A stretch of DNA of 64,000 bases from an uncultured Candidatus Binatia bacterium. Lineage in GTDB: Bacteria; Desulfobacterota; Binatia; UBA9968; JAJDTQ01. Shown in pieces: positions 8,319 to 16,101 of this stretch. The stretch spans positions 160,001-224,000 of the forward strand of contig OZ251459.1 in NCBI GenBank assembly GCA_965242525.1, written 5' to 3'. Below the pieces are notes generated by a model. That model was not told the DNA's origin. It did no database searches and saw only the letters and a program-made list of their open reading frames with translations. Numbering within the stretch: the first letter of the stretch is position 1; the number at the start of each line of letters is the position of its first letter. The position numbers and the translations under genes are program-made.

Positions 8319-10463
8319 ATGGCAAACAACCATGAAGGACAGGAGGAAGTCCGTGCACTGCTGCACCGGGCGCAGTCGGAAGGCCGGTCGGTGCTCACCA
8401 CGCAGGAATGCGCCGCGGTGTTGCGGGCCTACGGCGTCGCCGTGCCCCGGGACGGCGTGGCCCGCTCGGCCGCAGAGGCCGCGGAGACGGCCGCGGAGTT
8501 GGGGTTTCCGGTGGTGATGAAGGTCGTCTCCGGGGACATCCTGCACAAGAGCGACGCCGGCGGCGTGCTGGTGGGGGTGGCCGACCGGGAGGCTGCGGCG
8601 CGGGGCTACGATACCCTCATGGAGAACGCCCGGGCCTACAAGGCGGACGCGGCCCTGGACGGGGTGCAGGTCCAGGAGATGGTCCCGCACACGGGCGCGG
8701 AGGTCATCGTGGGCGCGGTCACCGACCCGAGCTTCGGCAAGGTGGTGGCCTTCGGGCTGGGCGGCGTGCTGGTGGAAGTGTTGCGGGACGTGACCTTCCG
8801 GCTCGCCCCGGCGAGCCGCGCGGAGGCCCTCTCCATGCTGGACGGCATCGCCGCGGCCCAGGTGCTCCGGGGGGTCCGGGGCCGGAACCCGGTGCACCGG
8901 GAGGCGCTGGCGGACGTCATCGTCAGCGTCTCGGAACTGGTCAACGATTTCCCCGAGATCCGGGAAGTGGATCTCAACCCGGTGCTGGCGGACGCCGCTG
9001 GCGCCACCGCGGTGGACACGGTGATGACCGTCGATTTCACGCCGGGGCCCGAGCCGTACCGGCCGAGCCGGGAGGCCATCGTCTCCGCCATGCAGCGCAT
9101 CATGAACCCCAGGGCCGTGGCGGTGGTGGGCGCGTCGGACGGGGAGGGGAAGATCGGCAACTCGGTGATGAAGAACATCATCAACGGCGGCTATGCCGGC
9201 GCCCTCTACCCCATCAACCCCAGGTTGGACGAGGTCCTGGGCAGGAAAGCCTACAAGAGCGTCAAGGACGTCCCGGGCGAAGTGGACGTGGCCATCTTCG
9301 CGGTGCCGGCCAAGCTCTGCCGGGCGGCCATGACCGAGGTGGGAGAGAAAGGCATACCCGGCGCGGTGATGATCCCGTCGGGCTTTGCCGAGGTGGGCGA
9401 GAGGGAGATGCAGGAGGAGCTCCTGGCCGAGGCGCGGAAGCACGGCGTGCGCGTCATGGGGCCCAACATCTACGGCTTCTACTACACTCCCGCCAACCTC
9501 TGCGCCACGTTCTGCACGCCCTACGACGTCAAGGGTCCGGTGGCGCTGTCGTCCCAGAGCGGCGGCGTGGGCATGTCCATCATCGGCTTCAGCCGCACCA
9601 CCCGCATGGGCGTCTCCGCCATCGTCGGCCTGGGCAACAAGTCGGACCTGGACGAGGACGACCTGCTCACCTACTTCGAACAGGACGACAACACCCAGGT
9701 GGTGGCCATGCACGCCGAGGACCTGAAGGACGGCCGCAGCTTCTACGAGGTGGCCCGGCGGGTGTCGAAGAAGAAGCCCATCGTCATGCTGAAGGCGGGC
9801 CGGACGCAGCTCGGGGCCCGGGCCGCGGCCTCGCACACGGGCGCCCTGGCCGGCGACGACAAGGTCTATGACGACCTCCTGAGAGCCTGCGGGGTGGTGC
9901 GCGCGTACTCCCTCAACGACATGCTCCAGTTCGCCCGGGGGTTGTCGGTGCTGCCGACGCCCAAGGGCGAAGAGATCGTCGTCATCACCGGCGCGGGCGG
10001 GTCGGGGGTGCTGCTGTCGGACGCGGTGGTGGCCAACGGGCTCTCCCTCATGAAGTTCCCCAAGGACCTCGACGAGGGGTTCAAGCAGTTCATCCCCCCG
10101 TTCGGCGCCTCGGGCAACCCGGTGGACATCACCGGCGGAGAGCCCCCCGCCACCTACGAGCGGACCATCCGGTTCGGCCTGGAAGACGACCGCATCCACG
10201 CCCTGGTCCTGGGCTACTGGCACACCATCATCACCCCGCCCATGGTGTTCGCCGAACTGTGCGCCAGAGTGGTCCAGGAGGGCCGGGACAAGGGCATCCA
10301 CAAGCCCGTGGTGGTGTCGCTGGTGGGCGACGTGCAGGTGGAGGAGGCGTCGGAGTACCTCTACGAGAGGGGCATCGTCGCCTGTCCCTACACCACGGAG
10401 CTGCCGGTGGCCGTCCTGGGCGCCAAGTACCGGTGGGCTCGGGGCGCGGGGCTGCTCGGATAG
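8319..10463 (+). CDS. ADP-forming acyl-CoA synthetase (acetate--CoA ligase family; ATP-grasp + CoA-binding domains)
   Basis: FPVVMKVVSGDILHKSDAGGV, AVAVVGAS, GPN, SQSGG, GLGNKSD, phospho-His motif AASHTGALAG, NPVDITG. Confidence 0.9.
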   Translation: MANNHEGQEEVRALLHRAQSEGRSVLTTQECAAVLRAYGVAVPRDGVARSAAEAAETAAELGFPVVMKVVSGDILHKSDAGGVLVGVADREAAARGYDTLMENARAYKADAALDGVQVQEMVPHTGAEVIVGAVTDPSFGKVVAFGLGGVLVEVLRDVTFRLAPASRAEALSMLDGIAAAQVLRGVRGRNPVHREALADVIVSVSELVNDFPEIREVDLNPVLADAAGATAVDTVMTVDFTPGPEPYRPSREAIVSAMQRIMNPRAVAVVGASDGEGKIGNSVMKNIINGGYAGALYPINPRLDEVLGRKAYKSVKDVPGEVDVAIFAVPAKLCRAAMTEVGEKGIPGAVMIPSGFAEVGEREMQEELLAEARKHGVRVMGPNIYGFYYTPANLCATFCTPYDVKGPVALSSQSGGVGMSIIGFSRTTRMGVSAIVGLGNKSDLDEDDLLTYFEQDDNTQVVAMHAEDLKDGRSFYEVARRVSKKKPIVMLKAGRTQLGARAAASHTGALAGDDKVYDDLLRACGVVRAYSLNDMLQFARGLSVLPTPKGEEIVVITGAGGSGVLLSDAVVANGLSLMKFPKDLDEGFKQFIPPFGASGNPVDITGGEPPATYERTIRFGLEDDRIHALVLGYWHTIITPPMVFAELCARVVQEGRDKGIHKPVVVSLVGDVQVEEASEYLYERGIVACPYTTELPVAVLGAKYRWARGAGLLG

Positions 10464-10508
10464 GGGGTCCGGGGACGGGCCGCCAACCACTTGCGGGAGG
10501 GAAGACTC

Positions 10509-11468
10509 ATGGAACGATTGCCTCGCGGGGCGAACTTTCAACGGAGCCTGATGCTGTGGCAGGTCGGGCTGCACATCGCGGGAGACCCGGCGACGCCGTA
10601 CTACGGCAACCGGGACATGTGCATCGCGGTGGGGAGCGGGTCTGCGGAGGACTTCCGCCCCTGGCTGCGCATGTCCACGGGTTCGCCCATCATCGCCCGT
10701 GCGGTGGCCCGGGGGGACCTGGAGATGGCCATGGTCAACCCTTCGGCCTTTCTCACCCAGGCGTACCGGGGCACGGGACTCTTCGATGAGCCGCTGCCTC
10801 TTCGGGTGGTGGCGTGCTACCCGTCCTGGGACCGTTTCGTGTTCATGATCCACCCGCGCACCGGGCTGACGTCGCTGTCGCAGATCAGGGAGCGGCAGTA
10901 CCCGCTGCGGCTGTCCATCCGCGAGGACGCCACCCACTCCACCCGGGTGCTGCTGGACCAGACGCTGGAAATCTACGGGTTCACGCTGGCGGACCTGGAG
11001 TCCTGGGGCGGCAGCCTCCAGCGCAACGGCGGGCCGGGGGACCCGCGGCGGCTGGCGGCGCTGCGGGACGAGACCATCGACGCGGTGTTCGACGAGGGTC
11101 TGGTGCTGTGGTTCGACCAGGCCCTGGAGCGCGGCATGGCGCCGGTGACCCCGGAGGACTTCGCCCTGGAGGCGTTGTGCGCGCTGGGTTGGCGCAAGGT
11201 GACCATGCCCGCGGGCTGCTTTCCTCACCTGGAGGCGGACCACACCTGCCTGGACTACGGCGGGTGGCCGCTCTATGCGCGGGCGTCCCTGCCGGAGGAG
11301 GACGTGTACCGGGTGTGCGAGGCGTTGCAGGAGCGTCAGGCCGAAATCTACTGGGAGAGTTCGTTCACGGGCATCCGGCAGTTGTGGAAGGACACCGAGG
11401 CCACGCCCCTCGACGTGCCGCTCCACTCCGGGGCGGAGAAGTGGTGCAGGGAGCAGGGTTACCTGTGA
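10509..11468 (+). CDS. TAXI/NMT1-like periplasmic-binding-fold protein without an evident signal peptide
   Basis: TGSPIIARAVARGDLEMA, LRVVA, LPEEDVYRVCEAL, C-terminal VPLHSGAEKW typical of TAXI-family receptors. Confidence 0.65.
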   Translation: MERLPRGANFQRSLMLWQVGLHIAGDPATPYYGNRDMCIAVGSGSAEDFRPWLRMSTGSPIIARAVARGDLEMAMVNPSAFLTQAYRGTGLFDEPLPLRVVACYPSWDRFVFMIHPRTGLTSLSQIRERQYPLRLSIREDATHSTRVLLDQTLEIYGFTLADLESWGGSLQRNGGPGDPRRLAALRDETIDAVFDEGLVLWFDQALERGMAPVTPEDFALEALCALGWRKVTMPAGCFPHLEADHTCLDYGGWPLYARASLPEEDVYRVCEALQERQAEIYWESSFTGIRQLWKDTEATPLDVPLHSGAEKWCREQGYL

Positions 11469-12922
11469 TGGACCTCCAGGACTTGACCATCGCCGAGGCG
11501 GCGCGCCGGATCGAGGCCGGCGAGCTCTCGCCGGTGGAGTTGACCCGTTCGTACCTGGAACGCATCCACCGCCTGGACCCCGAGATCAACGCGTACGTCA
11601 CCGTGACCCGGGACCGAGCGTTGGCGGACGCGGCCCGGGCCGAAGCCGACCTGGCCGCGGGGGGTTGCCGCGGCCCGCTGCACGGCGTTCCCGTCTCCGT
11701 CAAGGACAACTTGGCCACTGCGGGGGTGCGCACCACCGCGGGCTCGAAGATGCTGGCCGATTGGGTCCCGGACGAGGACGCCACGGTGGTGGCAAGGCTC
11801 AGGCAGGCCGGGGCGGTGGTCCTGGGCAAGACCAACCTGCACGAATGGGCCGCGGGTTGCTCCACCATCAACCCCTACTACGGCGCCACGCGCAACCCGT
11901 GGGACCGGAACCGGGTGCCGGGCGGCTCCAGCGGCGGCTCCGCGGCGTCGGTGGCGGCCGGCCTTGCGCTGGGGTCCATCGGCACCGACAACGCCGGCTC
12001 CGTGCGCAACCCCGCGTCCCTGTGCGGCGTGGTGGGGCTCAAGGCCACCTACGGCCGGGTGAGCCGCTTCGGCGGGGTGGCCGGCACCGGCGGTTACTCC
12101 ACCGACCACTTCGGCGTCCTCACCCGGACCGTGCGCGACAGCGCCCTGATGCTCCAGGCCATCGCCGGTTTCGACCCCCGGGACCCCCTGTGCAGCGACG
12201 CCCCTGTGCCGGATTTCGGCGCCCGCGTGGGCGAGGATGTGGCGGGCTTGCGGGTCGGGGTCGTCCGCGGCTACTTCGACGCCCTTGCGGTGGACGAGGT
12301 CAAGGAGGCGGTGGCGAAGGCCGTCGGGCTGCTGGAGTCCCTGGGCATGTCCGTGCAAGAGCTGTCGATCCCCCACATGGAGCACGTCCCCGCGGTGCAG
12401 AACTGCATCTCCCGGGTGGAGAACCTGTCCCCGGCCGAGCCCTTCCTGCGCGCCCGTCCGCGGGACTACAGTCCGGAGTTGTTGCACCGGCAGGTGCGCG
12501 CGCTGGCCATCCCCGCCCACGGCTACGTGACCGCCCAGCGGGTGCGTCGACTCATCTGCGAAGCCTTCGACGAGGCTTTCCGGCAGGTGGACGTGATCGT
12601 AGGTCCGACGGTGGGCATGCCCGCGGAGACCATGGAGGAGTGCCGGCGCGGGTACGTGGAATCGCCCGGGGGGCGGATCCCGTTGCAGGACGCCCGCGGC
12701 ACCCGGGGCACCCTGTGCACGATCCCGTTCAACCTCACCGGCGCGCCGGCCATCAGCGTGAACTGCGGGTTCTCCGCCCGGGGCCTGCCCATCGGCCTGC
12801 AGATCGCCGCAGCGCCTTTCGAGGAGCCGACCCTGCTCCAGGTGGCCCACGCCTACGAGCAGGCGGCCGGATGGTACGCGAGGAAGCCGCGGCTGGATCC
12901 CGTTGGAGCAGGCGAACCGTAG
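11468..12922 (+). CDS. Amidase signature family protein (GatA-like amidase)
   Basis: GPLHGVPVSVKD, GKTNLHE, PGGSSGGSAA, GTDNAGSVRNPA; TGATG coupling with the upstream gene. Confidence 0.9.
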   Translation: MDLQDLTIAEAARRIEAGELSPVELTRSYLERIHRLDPEINAYVTVTRDRALADAARAEADLAAGGCRGPLHGVPVSVKDNLATAGVRTTAGSKMLADWVPDEDATVVARLRQAGAVVLGKTNLHEWAAGCSTINPYYGATRNPWDRNRVPGGSSGGSAASVAAGLALGSIGTDNAGSVRNPASLCGVVGLKATYGRVSRFGGVAGTGGYSTDHFGVLTRTVRDSALMLQAIAGFDPRDPLCSDAPVPDFGARVGEDVAGLRVGVVRGYFDALAVDEVKEAVAKAVGLLESLGMSVQELSIPHMEHVPAVQNCISRVENLSPAEPFLRARPRDYSPELLHRQVRALAIPAHGYVTAQRVRRLICEAFDEAFRQVDVIVGPTVGMPAETMEECRRGYVESPGGRIPLQDARGTRGTLCTIPFNLTGAPAISVNCGFSARGLPIGLQIAAAPFEEPTLLQVAHAYEQAAGWYARKPRLDPVGAGEP

Positions 12923-13062
12923 GAACCGCTGAACAGTCGGGACAGGGGAGGCATGAGCGCGTCCTTCGACTCCGCTTCGCTACGCTCAGGACGAACGGGG
13001 ACAGGGGCCAGGGTGGAGGAATTGGGAACCCATCCCGGATGTCTCGGTTGTTCAGAGGTTCC
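12922..13062 (+). mobile_element. 141-bp MITE-like element copy 1 (imperfect terminal inverted repeats, internal REP hairpin)
   Basis: Ends GGAACCGCTGAACA...TGTTCAGAGGTTCC; internal TCCTTCGACTCCGCTTCGCTACGCTCAGGACGAACGG; same length as and colinear with 15375..15515. Confidence 0.7.
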
Positions 13063-13191
13063 CGTAGCGGACGCAGGGAAACGGACCCGTTCCACTGCCT
13101 CGCAGCGGATTCCCTCTTGCCCGGAACGGCGTCCGGGTCAGCGGCAGGGGCGGTCCGGGAGCCGTCCCGCAATCCGGGAGGTACGACGACC

Positions 13192-14262
13192 ATGAGATAC
13201 CGGGACTTGGGAGTGCTGGTTTACGACAAGGCCAAGGCAACGCCGGGTTACACGCTGATCGTGCCGCAGTCGTCGAGGAAGGCGTACCTCATCGGGCTTC
13301 GGGGAGAGGTGCTGCACGAGTGGAGTTTTCCCCTGTGCCCGGGAAACTACGCCTACCTGCTGCCCAACGGCAACCTGCTGTGGGCCGGCCGGATGGAGGA
13401 GGGACCGCCGTTGCGCCGGGGCAAGGGCGGGCTGCTGCGGGAGTACACATGGGACGGGGAGGTGGTGTGGGAGTACTGCGACCCGGCCCAGCACCACGAC
13501 TTCCGCAGGCGGCCCGACGGCAACACCATCTACATCGGCTGGGAGCCGGTCCCGGCCGACGTGGCCCCCAGGATACGGGGCGGCCAACCCGGCAGCGAGC
13601 GCGACGGGGTCACCTACGGCGACTACGTGCGGGAGGTCTCGCCCGCGGGCGAGACGGTGTGGGAATGGCACGCCTGGAGCGGCCTGGACCTGGACCGCTG
13701 GGAGATCTGCCACTGCTGCGGCCGGGACGAGTTCGCCCACGCCAACGCCTGTTTCCCGCTGGAGGACGGGGGCGTGATGCTCAGCTTCCGACGCTTCAGC
13801 GCCCTCATGATGATCGACCGGGAGACCCGCAAGGTGCGCTGGTCCCAACAGGACGTGACCTGGGGCCACCAGCACGACTGCACGCTCCTGCCCAACGGCA
13901 ACGTCCTGTTCTTCGCCAACGGCATCCACGGCATCGAAAACCCCTTCTCCCGGGTCATCGAGCTCGACCCGGAGTCGGGCGAGACCGTCTGGGAATACCG
14001 GGGATCGCCCATCTGGACCTTCTTCAGCCCCAACATCAGCGGCGCCCAACGCTTCGAGAACGGCAACACCCTGGTCTGCGAGGGGCAGATGGGGCGCGCC
14101 TTCGAGGTCACCCGCGCGGGCGAGATCGTCTGGGAGTACGTCTGCCCGTACTTCGCCGACTACGAGGGCCGCGGCCCCGGCAACAGCATGTTCCGGGTCT
14201 ATCGCTACGCCGCGGACTCGCCGGAGATCCGCGGGAGGCTGGCGACGCCGGTGGCTTGGTAG
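13192..14262 (+). CDS. Arylsulfotransferase (ASST) family beta-propeller protein
   Basis: KATPGYTL, QHHDF, HANA, HQHD, SGAQRFENGNTLVCEG, VWEY, FRVYRY. Start is the ATG at 13192 with RBS GGGAGG. Confidence 0.88.
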   Translation: MRYRDLGVLVYDKAKATPGYTLIVPQSSRKAYLIGLRGEVLHEWSFPLCPGNYAYLLPNGNLLWAGRMEEGPPLRRGKGGLLREYTWDGEVVWEYCDPAQHHDFRRRPDGNTIYIGWEPVPADVAPRIRGGQPGSERDGVTYGDYVREVSPAGETVWEWHAWSGLDLDRWEICHCCGRDEFAHANACFPLEDGGVMLSFRRFSALMMIDRETRKVRWSQQDVTWGHQHDCTLLPNGNVLFFANGIHGIENPFSRVIELDPESGETVWEYRGSPIWTFFSPNISGAQRFENGNTLVCEGQMGRAFEVTRAGEIVWEYVCPYFADYEGRGPGNSMFRVYRYAADSPEIRGRLATPVAW

Positions 14263-14307
14263 GCGCCCCGGGCCCACGGCGTCGGCTCCAGGCAAGGACT
14301 TCCAGAG

Positions 14308-15242
14308 ATGGACCCCGAAACCAGTCCGTTCCGACCCGGACAACCTGCGCCGGTGGAGTTGTTCGTCGGACGCAGCCGCGAGGTCGAACGCCTTTCGGCG
14401 ACCGCGTCCGCAAGGTGGGACTGTTCGGCGTGACGATCGAGTTGGACCTTGCGGACCGGGACCTTTCGACCCTCGCCCATGACTTCGTTCCGACCGTGGC
14501 GCGGCTTCTGGACGGCATCGGCAAACGGAAGAAGGGCCTCTTCCTGATCCTCGACGACATCAACGGCCTTGCAGGATCCGAGGGCTTCGCCGACTGGCTC
14601 AAGAGCACCGTGGACGAGATGGCCACGTCCCGGCGGAAGGCGCCGCTCTGTGTGCTGGTGGTGGGACTGGAAGAGCGGCGGCGGGAACTGGTGGCAAGGC
14701 AACCGTCCCTGGCCCGGGTCTTCGAGTTGATCGACGTTGCCCCGTGGCCGGACGACGACGTCATGGGTTTCTTCCGCAGCTCGTTCGGTTCCGTGAACGC
14801 CGCGGTGGGGGAGGCGGACCTGCGCGAGCTCGTCCGGTTCAGCGGCGGACTTCCGGTGCTGGCGCACGAGCTCGGCGACGCCGTATGGCGCAGGGCCAAG
14901 CGTCCCGACATCGGTTCGAAAGAAGTCCAGTCGGGCATCTGGACCGCGGCCGAGATGATCGGACGCAAGCTGCTGGAGCCCCAGGTCTTCAGCGCCATCC
15001 GCAGCGAGCGCTACCGGTCGATCCTGCGGAAGACTCTAGACGAACCCCGGTTGCGCTTCCGCAGGTCTGAACTGGTGGAACGCCTGACGAGCGGCGAGCG
15101 CAAGGTCATGGACAACTTCCTGCAACGCATGAAGCGCCTGGGCGCCCTGGAAACCGACCCCGAAGTCCAGGGCGGATACCGGTTCCCCAACCTCCTCCAC
15201 GCACTGTATTTCTGGATGGAGTCGCAGCGGGCCGCCCGGTGA
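14308..15242 (+). pseudogene. AAA/P-loop ATPase (ATPase + winged-helix type) with an internal deletion and frameshift
   Basis: N-terminus MDPETSPFRPGQPAPVELFVGRSREVERL in one frame; from about 14393 another frame carries Walker B (LFLILDDING), SGGLP and the C-terminus. No Walker A is present. Confidence 0.75.
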
Positions 15243-15287
15243 GGTCCGCCGGGCGGGCGCGCCAGCGAACGTCCCTTCGAGGACCGT

Positions 15288-15341
15288 CCCCGGCAAACGC
15301 ATGTTTCGGGTGTACCGCTACGCTCCGAACTCGCCGGAGAT
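15288..15341 (+). repeat. Diverged copy of the 3' end of the arylsulfotransferase gene (matches ~14176..14229)
   Basis: Encodes PGKRMFRVYRYAPNSPE versus PGNSMFRVYRYAADSPE in the intact gene. Confidence 0.75.
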
Positions 15342-15374
15342 GCTTTCCGGCTCTTCCGGCTTTCGTGTGGGTAA

Positions 15375-15515
15375 GGAAACCCTGAACAATCGGGACAGGG
15401 GACATGAGCGCGTCCTTCGACTTCGCTACGCTACGCTCAGGACGAACGGGGATAGGGGCGTCAGGGTGAGGGAATCGGGAATCCATCCTGGATCTCTCGA
15501 TTGTTCAGAGGTTCC
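15375..15515 (+). mobile_element. 141-bp MITE-like element copy 2
   Basis: GGAAACCCTGAACAATCG...CGATTGTTCAGAGGTTCC with the same internal REP as copy 1. Confidence 0.7.
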
Positions 15516-15552
15516 ATAAGGCAGGACGGAAAGGGGAGCGACAGGGGTCACG

Positions 15553-16015
15553 CCGTCATTGCTCCGTAGCCGCCCACTCCGTTATTCCCGCAGCCGCCCA
15601 CGCGCGTCCTTCGACTTCGCTACGCTACGCTCAGGACGTAGACATCTGCCCCGTCATTCCCGCAGCCGCCCACCCCCGTCATTCCCGCGAAAGCGGGAAT
15701 CCAGAGAGAGAGAGAAGGCGTTCAAGAAATGGAATCGGGCATGGAAGATCGAGCTGATCGAGAAGAGTAATCCGAGCCGGAGAGGTTTGTACAACGAAAG
15801 CGATGAAACTGGATGGATTCCCGCCCCCGCTTCCGCGAGGACATGCTTTCGCGGGAATGACGGAGGTGGGCTTTCGCGGGAATGACGGCGTGGGGGTACA
15901 AACCGGGAACATGGTTTACACAGGGTCACCCCATTGAGGCCCATGAAGGCGGGAGAGATCGATGGGATTCCATCCCCGTTTGTCCTGAGCGTAGCGAAGC
16001 GAAGTCGAAGGGCGC
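15553..16015. repeat. REP cluster (GTCATTCCCGCGAAAGCGGGAATCC-type and CTTCGACTTCGCTACGCTACGCTCAGGACG-type palindromes)
   Basis: Several full and half copies of two palindrome families in both orientations. Confidence 0.8.
15703..15810 (+). pseudogene. C-terminal remnant of a small GIY-YIG nuclease between inverted REPs
   Basis: REKAFKKWNRAWKIELIEKSNPSRRGLY matches the typical C-terminus of ~95-aa GIY-YIG proteins; the N-terminal GIY-YIG motifs are absent. Confidence 0.75.
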
Positions 16016-16101
16016 ACTCTCCTTCTGGAACAGGGTTGGGGAGAGGGCGCGGGCAGGTGCAGTGCTTGCATGTCAGGCCGCACTCGGCAACAAAGGATGC
16101 G

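Noticed and set aside
11468-12922. gatA of the Glu-tRNA amidotransferase
   Set aside because: No gatB or gatC nearby and the context is catabolic; called a generic amidase.
15553-15890. Short repeats with spacers resembling a CRISPR array (also 19686-19742 and 42005-42098)
   Set aside because: Units are about 11-bp half-REPs with 10-12 bp related spacers, there are few copies and no cas genes.
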